The translations under genes were made by a program, and so were the position numbers. Source: Squalus acanthias (taxonomy: Eukaryota). Taken from it: a stretch of 64,000 bases of DNA. The stretch is from NCBI GenBank assembly GCA_030390025.1, contig JASTWF010000035.1, positions 4,278,001 through 4,342,000 on the forward strand, given 5' to 3'. Positions within the stretch are counted from its first letter, which is position 1, and every line of letters starts with the position of its first letter. Under the pieces are notes generated by a model, which saw only the letters and a list, made by a program, of their open reading frames with translations, was not told the DNA's origin and did no database searches. Below, piece by piece: positions 24,294 to 37,101 of this stretch.

Positions 24294-24435
24294 GTATGAG
24301 AATCAGTCATTCAGCAACAAAACTGCCCTATCCAGAGAGCGGCGGAGCAGCGAGACTGGAAATCGCGGTGTGAGGGTGGGAATGATCTGCCCAGCTCCAG
24401 TGTGGGTGTCCAACAGACACTGACCCAACCTGAGA

Positions 24436-25572
24436 GTGGATCGGATCCAGACTGTGTGATCCAGATAGTGGATCAGATCCAGACTGTGTGATCCAGATAG
24501 TGGATCTGATCCAGACTGTGTGATCCCGATAGTGGATCTGATCCAGACTGTGTGATCCTGATAGTGGATCAGATCCAGACTGTGTGATCCCGATAGTGGA
24601 TCTGATCCAGACTGTGTGATCCAGATAGTGGATCAGATCCAGACTGTGTGATCCTGATAGTGGATCAGATCCAGACTGTGTGATCCAGATAGTGGATCTG
24701 ATCCAGACTGTGTGATCCTGATAGTGGATCTGATCCAGACTGTGTGATCCTGATAGTGGATCGGATCCAGACTGTGTGATCCAGATAGTGGATCAGATCC
24801 AGACTGTGTGATCCCGATAGTGGATCCGATCCAGATCGTGTTATCCAGATAGTGGATCAGATCCAGATCATGTGATCCTGATAGTGGATCAGATCCAGAC
24901 TGTGTGATCCAGATAGTGGATCAGATCCAGATCATGTGATCCTGATAGTGGATCAGATCCAGACTGTGTGATCCTGATAGTGGATCAGATCCAGATCATG
25001 TGATCCTGATAGTGGATCAGATCCAGACTGTGTGATCCAGATAGTGGATCAGATCCAGATCATGTGATCCTGATAGTGGATCCGATCCAGACTGTGTGAT
25101 CCAGATAGTGGATCAGATCCAGATCATGTGATCCTGATAGTGGATCCGATCCAGACTGTGTGATCCAGATAGTGGATCAGATCCAGACTGTGTGATCCTG
25201 ATAGTGGATCAGATCCAGACTGTGTGATCCTGATAGTGGATCAGATCCAGACTGTGTGATCCTGATAGTGGATCAGATCCAGACTGTGTGATCCTGATAG
25301 TGGATCAGATCCAGACTGTGTGATCCTGATAGTGGATCCGATCCACGTCGTGTGATCCAGATAGTGGATCAGATCCAGACTGTGTGATCCAGATAGTGGA
25401 TCAGATCCAGACTGTGTGATCTTGATTGTGGATCCGATCTGGACCGTGTGATCCCGATAGTGGATCCGATCCAGACTGTGTGATCCTGATTGTGGATCCG
25501 ATCTGGACCGAGTGATCCAGATAGTGGATCAGATCCAGACTGTGGGATCCAGATAGTGGATCAGATCCAGAC
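24436..25572. repeat. 32-bp GATC-rich minisatellite (GATCCAGACTGTGTGATCCWGATAGTGGATCA)
   Basis: About 35 tandem units filling most of the intron between exons B and C. Confidence 0.95.
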
Positions 25573-25671
25573 AGGAATTTCCAGTCTATTACAGTGTGTT
25601 GGTTTTGCGTAGGATTATTAAATATTAAAGGGAATATCTGATAGCATTTTCTGTTGTGGCCCCTCCCACAG

Positions 25672-25867
25672 TTAAAGGTGGCCGGGACAGTGTGTCGAAA
25701 TGCTGCTGGATCATGTGACCTGCCAGAATACTGCACGGGAGCCTCAGCGTACTGTCCCTTTAATGTTTACCGAGTGGATGGATCAGGCTGTGAGTACGGG
25801 CGAGCGTACTGTTTCACGGGGATGTGTCAGTCTCACCACCAGCAGTGCGAGCAACTCTGGGGGCCAG
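25672..25867 (+). CDS. ADAM33: ADAM33-like exon C (disintegrin loop, start of cysteine-rich domain)
   Basis: cccacAG / GTagga; 196 bp, phase 0/1; [23 protein letters not shown]...QQCEQLWGP(G). Disintegrin loop has no RGD. Confidence 0.92.
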
Positions 25868-25887
25868 GTAGGAACTGAAATGGAATA

Positions 25888-28800
25888 TATTACAAGACCG
25901 TATCGCAGTGTGTGGGACAGTATTACAGGACCGTATCGCAGTGCTGTGTGACAGTATTACAAGACCGTATCGCAGTGTGTGGGACAGTATTACAGGACCG
26001 TATCGCAGTGCTGTGTGACAGTATTACAGGACCGTATCGCAGTGCTGTGTGACAGTATTACAGGACCGTATCGCAGTGCTGTGGGACAGTATTACAGGAC
26101 CGTATCGCAGTGCTGTGGGACAGTATTACAAGACCGTATCGCAGTGTGTGGGACAGTATTACAGGACCGTACGTCAGTGCTGTGGGACAGTATTACAGGA
26201 CCGTATCGCAGTGTGTGGGACAGTATTACAGGACCGTACGTCAGTGCTGAGGGACAGTATTACAAGACCGTATCGCAGTGTGTGGGACAGTATTACAGGA
26301 CCGTATCGCAGTGCTGTGGGACAGTATTACAGGAACGTATCGCAGTGCTGTGGGACAGTATTACAGGACCGTATCGCAGTGCTGTGGGACAGTATTACAA
26401 GACCGTATCGCAGTGTGTGGGACAGTATTACAGGACCGTATCGCAGTGCTGTGTGACAGTATTACAGGACCGTATCGCACTGCTGTGTGACAGTATTACA
26501 GGACCGTATCGCACTGCTGTGTGACAGTATTACAAGACCGTATCGCAGTGTGTGGGACAGTATTACAAGACCGTATCGCAGTGCTGTGGGACAGTATTAC
26601 AAGACCGTATCGCAGTGTGTGGGACAGTATTACAGGACCGTACGTCAGTGCTGTGGGACAGTATTACAGGACCGTATCGCAGTGCTGTGGGACAGTATTA
26701 CAAGACCGTATCGCAGTGCTGTGTGACAGTATTACAGGACCGTATCGCAGTGCTGTGGGACGGTATTACAGGACCGTATCGCAGTGCTGTGTGACAGTAT
26801 TACAAGACCGTATCGCACTGCTGTGTGACAGTATTACAAGACCGTATCGCAGTGCTGTGGGACAGTATTACAGGACCGTATCGCAGTGCTGTGTGACAGT
26901 ATTACAGGACCGTATCGCAGTGCTGTGGGACGGTATTACAGGACCGTATCGCAGTGCTGTGGGACGGTATTACAGGACCGTATCGCAGTGCTGTGGGACG
27001 GTATTACAGGACCGTATCGCAGTGCTGGGGGACAGTATTACAGGACCGTATCGCAGTGCTGTGGGACAGTATTACAAGACCGTATCGCAGTGTGTGGGAC
27101 AGTATTACAGGACCGTATCGCAGTGCTGTGGGACAGTATTACAAGACCGTATCGCAGTGCTGTGTGACAGTATTACAGGACCGTATCGCAGTGCTATGGG
27201 ACAGTATTACAAGACCGTATCGCAGTGCTGTGTGACAGTATTACAAGACCGTATCGCACTGCTGTGGGACAGTATTACAGGACCGTATCGCACTGCTGTG
27301 GGACAGTATTACAGGACCGTATCGCAGTGTGTGGGACAGTATTACAGGACCGTATCGCACTGCTGTGTGACAGTATTACAAGACCGTATCGCAGTGTGTG
27401 GGACAGTATTACAGGACCGTATCGCACTGCTGTGTGACAGTATTACAGGACCGTATCGCAGTGCTGTGGGACAGTATTACAAGACCGTATCGCAGTGCTG
27501 TGTGACAGTATTACAAGACCGTATCGCAGTGCTGTGTGACAGTATTACAAGACCGTATCGCAGTGCTGTGTGACAGTATTACAAGACCGTATCGCAGTGC
27601 TGTGGGACAGTATTACAAGACCATATCGCAGTGCTGTGTGACAGTATTACAGGACCGTATCGCAGTGCTGTGTGACAGTATTACAAGACCGTATCGCAGT
27701 GCTGTGTGACAGTATTACAGGACCGTATCGCAGTGCTGTGGGACAGTATTACAAGACCGTATCGCAGTGCTATGGGACAGTATTACAAGACCGTATCGCA
27801 GTGCTGTGTGACAGTATTACAAGACCGTATCGCAGTGCTGTGGGACAGTATTACAAGACCGTATCGCAGTGCTGTGTGACAGTATTACAAGACCGTATCG
27901 CAGTGCTGTGTGACAGTATTACAAGACCGTATCGCAGTGCTGTGTGACAGTATTACAGGACCGTATCGCAGTGCTGTGGGACAGTATTACAGGACCGTAT
28001 CGCACTGCTGTGGGACAGTATTACAAGACCGTATCGCAGTGCTGTGGGACAGTATTACAAGACCGTATCGCAGTGCTGTGGGACAGTATTACAAGACCGT
28101 ATCGCAGTGCTGGGGGACAGTATTACAGGACCGTATCGCAGTGTGTGGGACAGTATTACAGGACCGTATCGCACTGCTGTGGGACAGTATTACAGGACCG
28201 TATCGCAGTGCTGTGTGACAGTATTACAGGACCGTATCGCAGTGCTGTGGGACAGTATTACAGGACTGTATCGCAGTGCTGTGGGACAGTATTACAGGAC
28301 CGTATCGCAGTGCTGTGTGACAGTATTACAGGACCGTATCGCAGTGCTGGGGGACAGTATTACAGGACCGTATCGCACTGCTGTGGGACAGTATTACAGG
28401 ACCGTATCGCAGTGCTGTGGGACAGTATTACGGACCGTATCGCAGTGCTGTGGGACAGTATTACGGACCGTATGTCAGTGCTATTGGACAGTATTACAGG
28501 ACCGTACGTCAGTGCTATGAGACAGTATTACAGGACCATACGTCAGTGCTATGAGACAATATTACAGGACCGTATGTCAGTGCTATTGGACAGTATTACA
28601 GGACCGTACGTCAGTGCTATGAGACAGTATTACAGGACCGTACGTCAGTGCTATGAGACAGTATTACAGGACCGTACGTCAGTGCTATGAGACAGTATTA
28701 CAGGACCGTACGTCAGTGCTATGAGACAGTATTACAGGACCGTACGTCAGTGCTATGAGACAGTATTACAGGACCGTATGTCAGTGCTATTGAACAGTAT

Positions 28801-30745
28801 TGCAGGACCGTATGTCAGTGCTATTGGACAGTATTACAGGACCGTACGTCAGTGCTATGGGACAGTTTTACAGGACCGTACGTCAGTGCTATGGGACAGT
28901 TTTACAGGACCGTACGTCAGTGCTATGGGACAGTTTTACAGGACCATACGTCAGTGCTATGTGACAGTATTACAGGACCGTATGTCAGTGCTATGTGACA
29001 GTTTTACAGGACCGTACGTCAGTGCTATGTGACAGTATTACAGGACCGTATGTCAGTGCTATGTGACAGTTTTACAGGACCATACGTCAGTGCTATGTGA
29101 CAGTATTACAGGACCGTATGTCAGTGCTATGTGACAGTTTTACAGGACCGTACGTCAGTGAAAACATAGAAACAGAGAAGATAGGAGCAGGAGTAGGCCA
29201 TTCGGCCCCTCGAGCCTGCTCCGCCATTCGATGAGATCATGGCTGATCATCCAAACTCAGTACCCTGTACCTGCCTTCTCCCCATATCCCTTGATACCTT
29301 TAGCTTTAAGAAATATATCTAACTCATTCTTGAATATATTTAATGACTTGGCCTCAACTGCCTTCTGTGGTAGAGAATTCCACAGGTTCACCACTCTCTG
29401 GGTGAAGAAATTCTTCCTCATTTCTGTCCTAAATGGCTTACCCCTTATCCTTAGATTATGACCCCTGGTTCTGGACTCTCCGACCATCGGGAACATTCTT
29501 CCTGCATCTAGTTTGTCCAGACCTGTCAGAATTTTATATGTTTCGATGAGATCCCCTCTCATTCTTCTATACTCCAGCGAGTATAAGCCCAATCGACCCA
29601 ATCTCTCCTCATATGTCATTCCTGCCATCCCAGGTATCAGCCTTGTGAATCTTCGCTGCACTCTCTCCATGGCAAGAACATCCTTCCTCAGATAAGGCGA
29701 CCAAAACTGCATACAGTACTCAAGGTGTGGTCTCACCAAGGCCCTGTACAACTGCAGCAGGACATCCCTGTTCCTATACTCAAACCCTTTCGCTATGAAG
29801 GCCAACATACCATTTGCCTTCTTCACCACCTGCTGCACCTGCATGCTTACCTTCAGCGACTGGTGCACAAGGACACCAAGGTCTCATTGCACTTCCCCTT
29901 CTCCCAATCTATTGCCATTCAGATAATAGTCTGCCTTTCTGTTTTTGACACCAAAGTGGATAACCTCGCATTTATCCACGTTATACTGCATCTGCCATGC
30001 TTCTGCCCAATCACCCAACCTGTCCAAATCATCCTGGAGTTTCTCGGTATCCTCCTCGCAGCACACACTCCCACCCAGCTTTGTGTCATCTGCAAACTTG
30101 GAGATATTACATTTAGTATTACAGGACCGTATGTGCGTGCTGGGGGACAGTATTACAGGACCGTATCGCAGTGTGTGGGACAGTATTACAGGACCGTATC
30201 GCAGTGTGTGGGACAGTATTACAGGACCATATCGCAGTGCTGGGGGACAGTATTACAGGACCGTATCGCAGTGCTGTGGGACAGTATTACACGACCGTAT
30301 CGCAGTGCTGTGGGACAGTATTACAGGACCGTATCGCAGTGCTGTGGGACAGTATAACAGGACGTATCGCAGTGCTGTGTGACAGTATTACAGGACCGTA
30401 TCGCAGTGCTGTGTGACAGTATTACAGGACCGTATCGCAGTGCTGTGTGACAGTATTACAGGACCGTATCGCAGTGCTGTGGGACAGTATTACAGGACCG
30501 TATCGCAGTGTGTGGGACAGTATTACAGGACCGTATCGCAGTGTGTGGGACAGTATTACAGGACCGTATCGCAGTGTGTGGGACAGTATTACAGGACCGT
30601 ATCGCAGTGCTGGGGGTCAGTATTACAGGACCGTATCGCAGTGCTGGGGGTCAGTATTACAGGACCGTACGTCAGTGCTGTGGGACAGTATTACAGGACC
30701 GTATCGCAGTGCTGGGGGACAGTATTACAGGACCGTATCGCAGTG
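25888..30745. repeat. 32-34-bp minisatellite (GACAGTATTACAGGACCGTATCGCAGTGCTGTGG), interrupted by a CR1
   Basis: Starts about 20 bp after the exon C donor and continues on both sides of 29161-30117. Confidence 0.96.
29161..30117 (-). mobile_element. 5'-truncated CR1 inserted in the minisatellite
   Basis: Tail at 29161; ORFs 29257-29868 and 29884-30066; same subfamily as 50341-52636. Confidence 0.93.
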
Positions 30746-30748
30746 AGT

Positions 30749-31999
30749 GGCCCAGTGTGGAGCCACGGCCCAGTGTGGAGCCCACGGCCCAGTGTGGAGC
30801 CCACGGCCCAGTGTGGAGCCCACGGCCCAGTGTGGAGCCACGGCCCAGTGTGGAGCCCACGGCCCAGTGTGGAGCCACGGCCCAGTGTGGAGCCACGGCC
30901 CAGTGTGGAGCCCACGGCCCAGTGTGGAGCGTCTCACGGCCCAGTGTGGAGCCCACGGCCCAGTGTGGAGCCACGGCCCAGTGTGGAGCCACGGCCCAGT
31001 GTGGAGCTCTGCACGGCCCAGTGTGGAGCTCTGCACGGCCCAGTGTGGAGCCACGGCCCAGTGTGGAGCTCTGCACGGCCCAGTGTGGAGCCACGGCCCA
31101 GTGTGGAGCCACGGCCCAGTGTGGAGCGTCTCACGGCCCAGTGTGGAGCCCACGGCCCAGTGTGGAGCGTCTCACGGCCCAGTGTGGAGCGTCTCACGGC
31201 CCAGTGTGGAGCCACGGCCCAGTGTGGAGCCACGGCCCAGTGTGGAGCCACGGCCCAGTGTGGAGCCCACGGCCCAGTGTGGAGCCCACGGCCCAGTGTG
31301 GAGCCCACGGCCCAGTGTGGAGCTCTGCACGGCCCAGTGTGGAGCTCTGCACGGCCCAGTGTGGAGCTCTGCACGGCCCAGTGTGGAGCCCACGGCCCAG
31401 TGTGGAGCCACGGCCCAGTGTGGAGCTCTGCACGGCCCAGTGTGGAGCCACGGCCCAGTGTGGAGCTCTGCACGGCCCAGTGTGGAGCCACGGCCCAGTG
31501 TGGAGCCACGGCCCAGTGTGGAGCCACGGCCCAGTGTGGAGCTCTGCACGGCCCAGTGTGGAGCCCACGGCCCAGTGTGGAGCCACGGCCCAGTGTGGAG
31601 CCCACGGCCCAGTGTGGAGCCCACGGCCCAGTGTGGAGCCCACGGCCCAGTGTGGAGCCACGGCCCAGTGTGGAGCCCACGGCCCAGTGTGGAGCGTCTC
31701 ACGGCCCAGTGTGGAGCCCACGGCCCAGTGTGGAGCCACGGCCCAGTGTGGAGCGTCTCACGGCCCAGTGTGGAGCCCACGGCCCAGTGTGGAGCCACGG
31801 CCCAGTGTGGAGCCCACGGCCCAGTGTGGAGCCACGGCCCAGTGTGGAGCGTCTCACGGCCCAGTGTGGAGCCACGGCCCAGTGTGGAGCCACGGCCCAG
31901 TGTGGAGCCACGGCCCAGTGTGGAGCCCACGGCCCAGTGTGGAGCGTCTCATGGCCCAGTGTGGAGCCACGGCCCAGTGTGGAGCTCTGCACGGCCCAG
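30749..31999. repeat. 18-22-bp GC-rich minisatellite (ACGGCCCAGTGTGGAGC plus variable linker)
   Basis: Four interspersed linker variants; directly abuts the preceding array. Confidence 0.96.
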
Positions 32000-32202
32000 C
32001 TCTCCACCACTCTCTTCCTGCAGCGCAAAACCAAATTTTTTAAAAGTTGAAAAACATTAGCGCCTGGCGTTCATTTTTTTCAACTTTTAAAAGCTGGTGC
32101 CCCAAACGGGGCTATCATGAATTTCTCCCCCAAAGTCTTAAGTTTATTTCTGTAAGTTAGTTAATAGTCGAATCAAGAGGCATAGCAGGGCACCTGAGTC
32201 CA

Positions 32203-33132
32203 GTGGAATGCACATCCTGTGCCATGTGGGAACTCCAGGAAGCTTCCCATGTCCTGGACGACCACATGTGCGGGAAGTGTCGCCAGCTGCAGCAGCTCGA
32301 GCACCGGGTTACGGAGCTTGAGCGGCGGCTGCAGTCACTGCTGTGCATCCGCGAGGCTGAGAGCTACGTGGGTAGCATGTTTCGGGAGGTGGTCACCCCG
32401 CAGCTTCAGAGTGTGCAGGCAGAGAGGGAATGGGTGACCGTCAGACAGAAGAGGAAGACCAGGCAGGTAGTGCAGGAGTCCCCTGAGCCCATCTTGCTCA
32501 CCAACCAGTATTCTGTGCTGAGTACTGGTGAGGGCGATGGTTCCTCTGGGGAGTGCAGCCAGAGCCAAGTCCACAGCACCATGGAAGGCTCAGCTGCACA
32601 GGCAGGGGGGAAGAGGAGAGGGAGAGCAATAGTGATAGGTGATTCATTGGTTAGGGGAGCAGACAGGCATTTCTGCGGCCGCAGACGTGACTCCAGGATG
32701 GTATGTTGCCTCCCTGGTTCCAGGGTCAAGGATGTCACTGAGCGGCTGCAGGGCATTCTGAGGGGGGAGGGTGAACAGCCAGAGGTCGTGGTCCATATCG
32801 GTACCAACGACATAGGCAGAAAGAGGGATGAGGTCCTGCAGGCAGAGTTTAGGGAGCTAGGAAAGAGGTTAAAAAGCAGGACCTCAAAGGTAGTAATCTC
32901 TGGATTACTCCCGGTGCCACGTGCTAGTGAGTACAGGAATAGGAGGATAGAGCAGATGAATGCGTGGCTGAAGAGATGGTGCAGGAGGGAGGGCTTTAGA
33001 TTCCTGAGGCATTGGGACCGTTTCTGGGGGAGGTGGGACCTGTACAAGCCAGACGGGTTACACCTCAACGGGAACAGGACCAATATCCTCGCAGGGAGGT
33101 TTGCTAGTGCTGTTGGGGAGGGTTTAAACTAA
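32203..33132 (+). CDS. CR1 ORF1p (zinc finger plus SGNH esterase-like domain)
   Basis: 309 aa, collinear with 18242-19189; GDSLVR, HIGTND, DGLH. Confidence 0.85.
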   Translation: MECTSCAMWELQEASHVLDDHMCGKCRQLQQLEHRVTELERRLQSLLCIREAESYVGSMFREVVTPQLQSVQAEREWVTVRQKRKTRQVVQESPEPILLTNQYSVLSTGEGDGSSGECSQSQVHSTMEGSAAQAGGKRRGRAIVIGDSLVRGADRHFCGRRRDSRMVCCLPGSRVKDVTERLQGILRGEGEQPEVVVHIGTNDIGRKRDEVLQAEFRELGKRLKSRTSKVVISGLLPVPRASEYRNRRIEQMNAWLKRWCRREGFRFLRHWDRFWGRWDLYKPDGLHLNGNRTNILAGRFASAVGEGLN

Positions 33133-33367
33133 TTTGGCAGAGGGATGGGAACCAGGATGTAACATTAGAAGGGGAAACAAGGTGCACAAAGGATTGGGAG
33201 AGACAGATAGCACTAGAGTAAGAAATAGTACGGTATTAAGTGGGGTCAGACTAAGAGAGAATACAAGAAGGTCTAAGATAGGTTTACGGTGCATGTGTGT
33301 GAATGCACGAAGTGTGGTAAATGAGGTTGGTGAGCTGCAGGCGCAAATAGACACATGGGAATATGAT

Positions 33368-33517
33368 ACAAAAAGAAAATACTGCAGATGCTGGAAATCT
33401 GAAATAAAAACAGAAAATGCTGGAGATACTCAGCAGGTCCGGCAGCCCCTGTGAAGAGAGAAACAGAGTTAACGTTTCAGGTCGATGACCTTTCGTCAGA
33501 ACTGGAAAAAAGCAGCA
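33368..33517 (-). mobile_element. 150-bp insertion, probably derived from a Penelope-like element terminal repeat
   Basis: Flanked by a perfect 10-bp direct repeat GGAATATGAT (33358-33367, 33518-33527); contains a hammerhead core on the - strand. Confidence 0.7.
33467..33503 (-). ncRNA. Minimal type I hammerhead ribozyme motif
   Basis: - strand reads AGUU CUGACGA A AGGUC AUC GACCU GAAA CGUU AACU: conserved core, 5-bp stem II, 4-bp stem I, palindromic loopless stem III. Confidence 0.7.
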
Positions 33518-33662
33518 GGAATATGATGTTGTGGCGATAACAGAGACCTGGCTCAAAAAAGGGCAAGATTGGATATTAAATACTCCAGGATATAAGGTGT
33601 TCAGGAAAGATAGGGAAGGAAAGAAAGGAGGTGGGGTGGCAGTATTGGTTAAGGAGAATGTT

Positions 33663-36600
33663 CTTCTTCTTCTCAGGCAGTCCCTCGGAACCGAGGATGA
33701 CTTGCTTCCACACAAAAACTGAGTTCTCAGGTGACTGCTGAGTCCAATGCGGGACCGACAGTCTCTGTCACAGGTGGGGCAGACGGTGGTTGAAGGGGCG
33801 GGTGGGTGGGGTGCTTGGGTTGACGTGCACTCCTTGCGCTGCCTGCTCTTGGCTTCCGCTTGCTCCCAGCGAAGAGACTCGAGGTGTTCGGCACCTTCCC
33901 GGATGCTTCTCCTCCACTTTGTGCGGTCCTGGGCTAAGGATTCCCAGGTGTCAGTGGGGATGTTACACTTTTTCAAGGAGGCTTTGAGGGTGTCCTTGAA
34001 GCATTTCCTCTGCCCACCTGGGGCTCTCTTGCTGTGTCGGAGCTCCGAGTAGAGCGCTTGTTTTGGGAGTCTCGTAACGGGCATGCGGACGATGTGGCCC
34101 GTCCATCGGAGCTGATCGAGTGTGGCCAAAGCTTCGATGCTGGGGATGTTGGCCTGAGCGAGAACACTGACGTTGGTGCGTCTATCCTGCCAATGGATTT
34201 GCAGGATCTTGCGGAGGCAGCGTTGGTGGTACCTCTCCAGTGCTTTGAGGTGTCTGCTGTACATGGTCCATGTCTCTGAAGCATACAGGAGGGCGGGTAT
34301 CACTACTGCTCTGTAGACCATGAGCTTGATGCTGGGTTTGAGGTCCTGGTCCTCAGGCGACGGAAGGCTGCACTGGCACACTGAAGGCGGTGTTGGACTT
34401 TGTCATCGACGTCTGCCCTTGTAGAAAGTACGCTCCCGAGGTATGGAAAGTGCTATGGACCTGCGGGAAGGAGGGAGGAGGACAGTAGCAGTATGTTTGT
34501 GTGTGTGTGCTAGGCCGATGTAGCAGAGCCTGGTCTCCAATCGTCTTGGATCCCCTTGCCATTGGACCAAGACCTTGCTCTGTCAAGCCCGTGTGGTAGC
34601 TGGTGTGCAACGGCCACCCCACGTTAAAGGAATTCACGCACAGGCATCTTCCACCCTTTAAATTGAAGTTCGGGACCTGGAACGTCGGGACCCTCATGGA
34701 CAACCCCAACAGTGACAGACCGCAACGCCGTACTGCTATCGTTGCCCGGGAGCTCAGACGTTTCGACATTGACATTGCCGCCCTAAGCGAGACCCGGTGG
34801 GCAGGGGAAGGCCAGCTCAAGGAGCAAGGCGGTGGTTACACCTTCTTCTGGAAAGGCAAACCTGAAGAAGAACGCTGTCTCCATGGGGTAGGCTTCACCA
34901 TAAAAAATGAGCTAGTTGAACATCTCAGAGACTCCCCTTGTGGAATAAACGAACGCCTCATGACTCTACGGCTCACCCTAGCCCGGAACCAGTGCGCTAT
35001 GGTCATCAGTGTGTACGCCCCAACACTGGAAGCCACAGACGAGACCAAAGAGGAATTCTACTCCAGCCTCGAACAATCCCTGTCCTGTGTCCCAACGGGC
35101 GACAAGCTGATCCTCCTTGGTGACTTTAACGTCAGAATTGGAAAGGACACAGACCTCTGGGGAGGTGTGATCGGCAGAGAGGAGGTAGGGAAAGACAACT
35201 CCAATGGTACCCTCCTCCTGACGAAATGCTTAGAACATGGCCTTGTTATAACCAACACCTTGTTCCGTCAGAGAGACAAGTACAAGGCTTCATGGCAGCA
35301 CCCTCGCTCCAAGCACTGGCATCTGCTGGACTACGTCATCGTCCGAGCGAGGGACCGCAAGGACGTCCGCATCACCTGCGCCATGACAGGAGCTGATGAC
35401 TGCTGGACAGACCACCGCCTAATCCGCTCTGTCATCTCCATCAACGTAGCCCCAAAACAGCAGCGGCAACAGAAGCAATGCCGCAGGAAAATCAACGCTG
35501 GAGCACTCAAAGACCCCGCTAAGAAAGCCCTATTCAGCCTGCGCCTCATAACCAACCTGATGACTCCCAGTGATTCAGAGACACAGTGTCCACAGTGCCT
35601 GGTCTGCACTCAAGGCCTCCATAATCAGCACCTGTGAAGAGATGCTCGGTCACTCGACCAGGAAACACCAAGACTCGTTCGACGAGAATAACCAGGAGAT
35701 CCAGGAGCTAATAAGCTGCAAGCGCAAGGCATTCCTGATCTGGAAACAGCAACAGAACTCGAGAGCAAGAAAGCAGCTCTACAGACGCCTGAAGGCCGAG
35801 GTCCAACAAAAAGCTCACGACCTAAAGAACAGATGGTGGGTGGAGAAAGCGCAGGAGATCCAGCAGCTAGCCGACAACCACGACGTGCGTGGGTTCCTTA
35901 GCGCAGTCAAGACCACCTACGGCCCAAGCACTCAAGGTCCTAGCCCACTGCGGGCCAGGAACGGAGAGGTACTCATCAAGGACAGAGAGGCAGTCAGTGC
36001 CCGCTGGAAGGAGCACTTCGAAGATCTCCGTAACCGAGACTCTGTCTTCGACGCGAGTGTCCTCAACTCCATCTCGCAGCATGCTACCCGCCACCATCTC
36101 AGCACAACCCCAGCCCGGCAAGAGGTTGAAAAGGCCATCCGACAACTGAAGAACAACAAGGCCTCAGGAGCAGATGGAATACCTGCCGAGGCACTAAAGC
36201 ATGGCGGAGAAGCACTACTGGCGCAAATTCATGAACTCATTTCTCTTATATGGAAGGAGGAGAGCATGCCAGGGGATCTCAGAGATGCCGTAATTGTGAC
36301 CACCTTCAAGAAAGGTGACAAGTTCGATTGCGGTAATTACAGAGAAGTCTCTCTGCTGTCTGCTACAGGGAAAGTCATCGCAAGAATCCTCCTCAATCGC
36401 TTTCTCCCAGTGGCTGAAGAGCTCCTCCCAGAGTCGCAATGCGGATTCCGCCCACTAAGGGGCACAATGTACATGATCTTCACCGCGCGTCAACTACAAG
36501 AGAAATGTAGGGAACAGCACCAACCACTGTACATGGCCTTCTTTGACCTCACAAAGGCCTTCGACACCATCAACCGTGAGGGATTATGGAGTGTCCTCCT

Positions 36601-37101
36601 CAAATTCGGCTGCCCTCAAAAGTTTGTCCCCATCCTCCGCCTGCTTCACGACGACATGCAAGCCGTGATCCTGACCAACGGTTCCACCACAGACCCATTT
36701 CACGTACGGACCGGGGTCAAGCAAGGCTGTGTCATCGCACCAACTCTCTTCTCGATCTTCCTGGCTGCAATGCTCCATCTCCCGTTGGAGTGGAGCTAAT
36801 CTACAGAACAAACGGGAAACTGTTAAACCTCCGTCGCCTCCATTCCAGACCCAAGGTCGCCCCATCCTCTGTCATCAAATTCCAGTATGCAGACGACGCT
36901 TGCGTCTGTGCACACTCTGAGGCTGAACTCCAAACCATCGTCAACACCTTCACCGAAGCATACGAGAGCATGGGCCTTACACTAAACATCCGTAAGACAA
37001 AGGTCCTCTACCAACCTGCCCCCGCCACACAGTACTGCTCCCCGATTATCAAAATCCACGACAAGACCTTGGACAACATGGACCACTTTCCATACCTTGG
37101 G
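33663..37101. mobile_element. RTE-clade LINE with inverted 5' part (3' end on - strand 33663-34452; 5' UTR, endonuclease and RT on + strand 34453-37101)
   Basis: GTWNVGTL, ALSETR, GDFN, TDH, ESQCGFR, GVKQGC, YADD on +; KLMVYRAVVIPALLY, LRWTGH, CPTC...H..H and a (GAA)n tail on -; frameshifted. Confidence 0.9.

Noticed and set aside
24436..30745. 32-34-bp repeats resembling CRISPR arrays
   Set aside because: Units are head-to-tail with no unique spacers, there are no cas genes, and the context is a eukaryotic intron.
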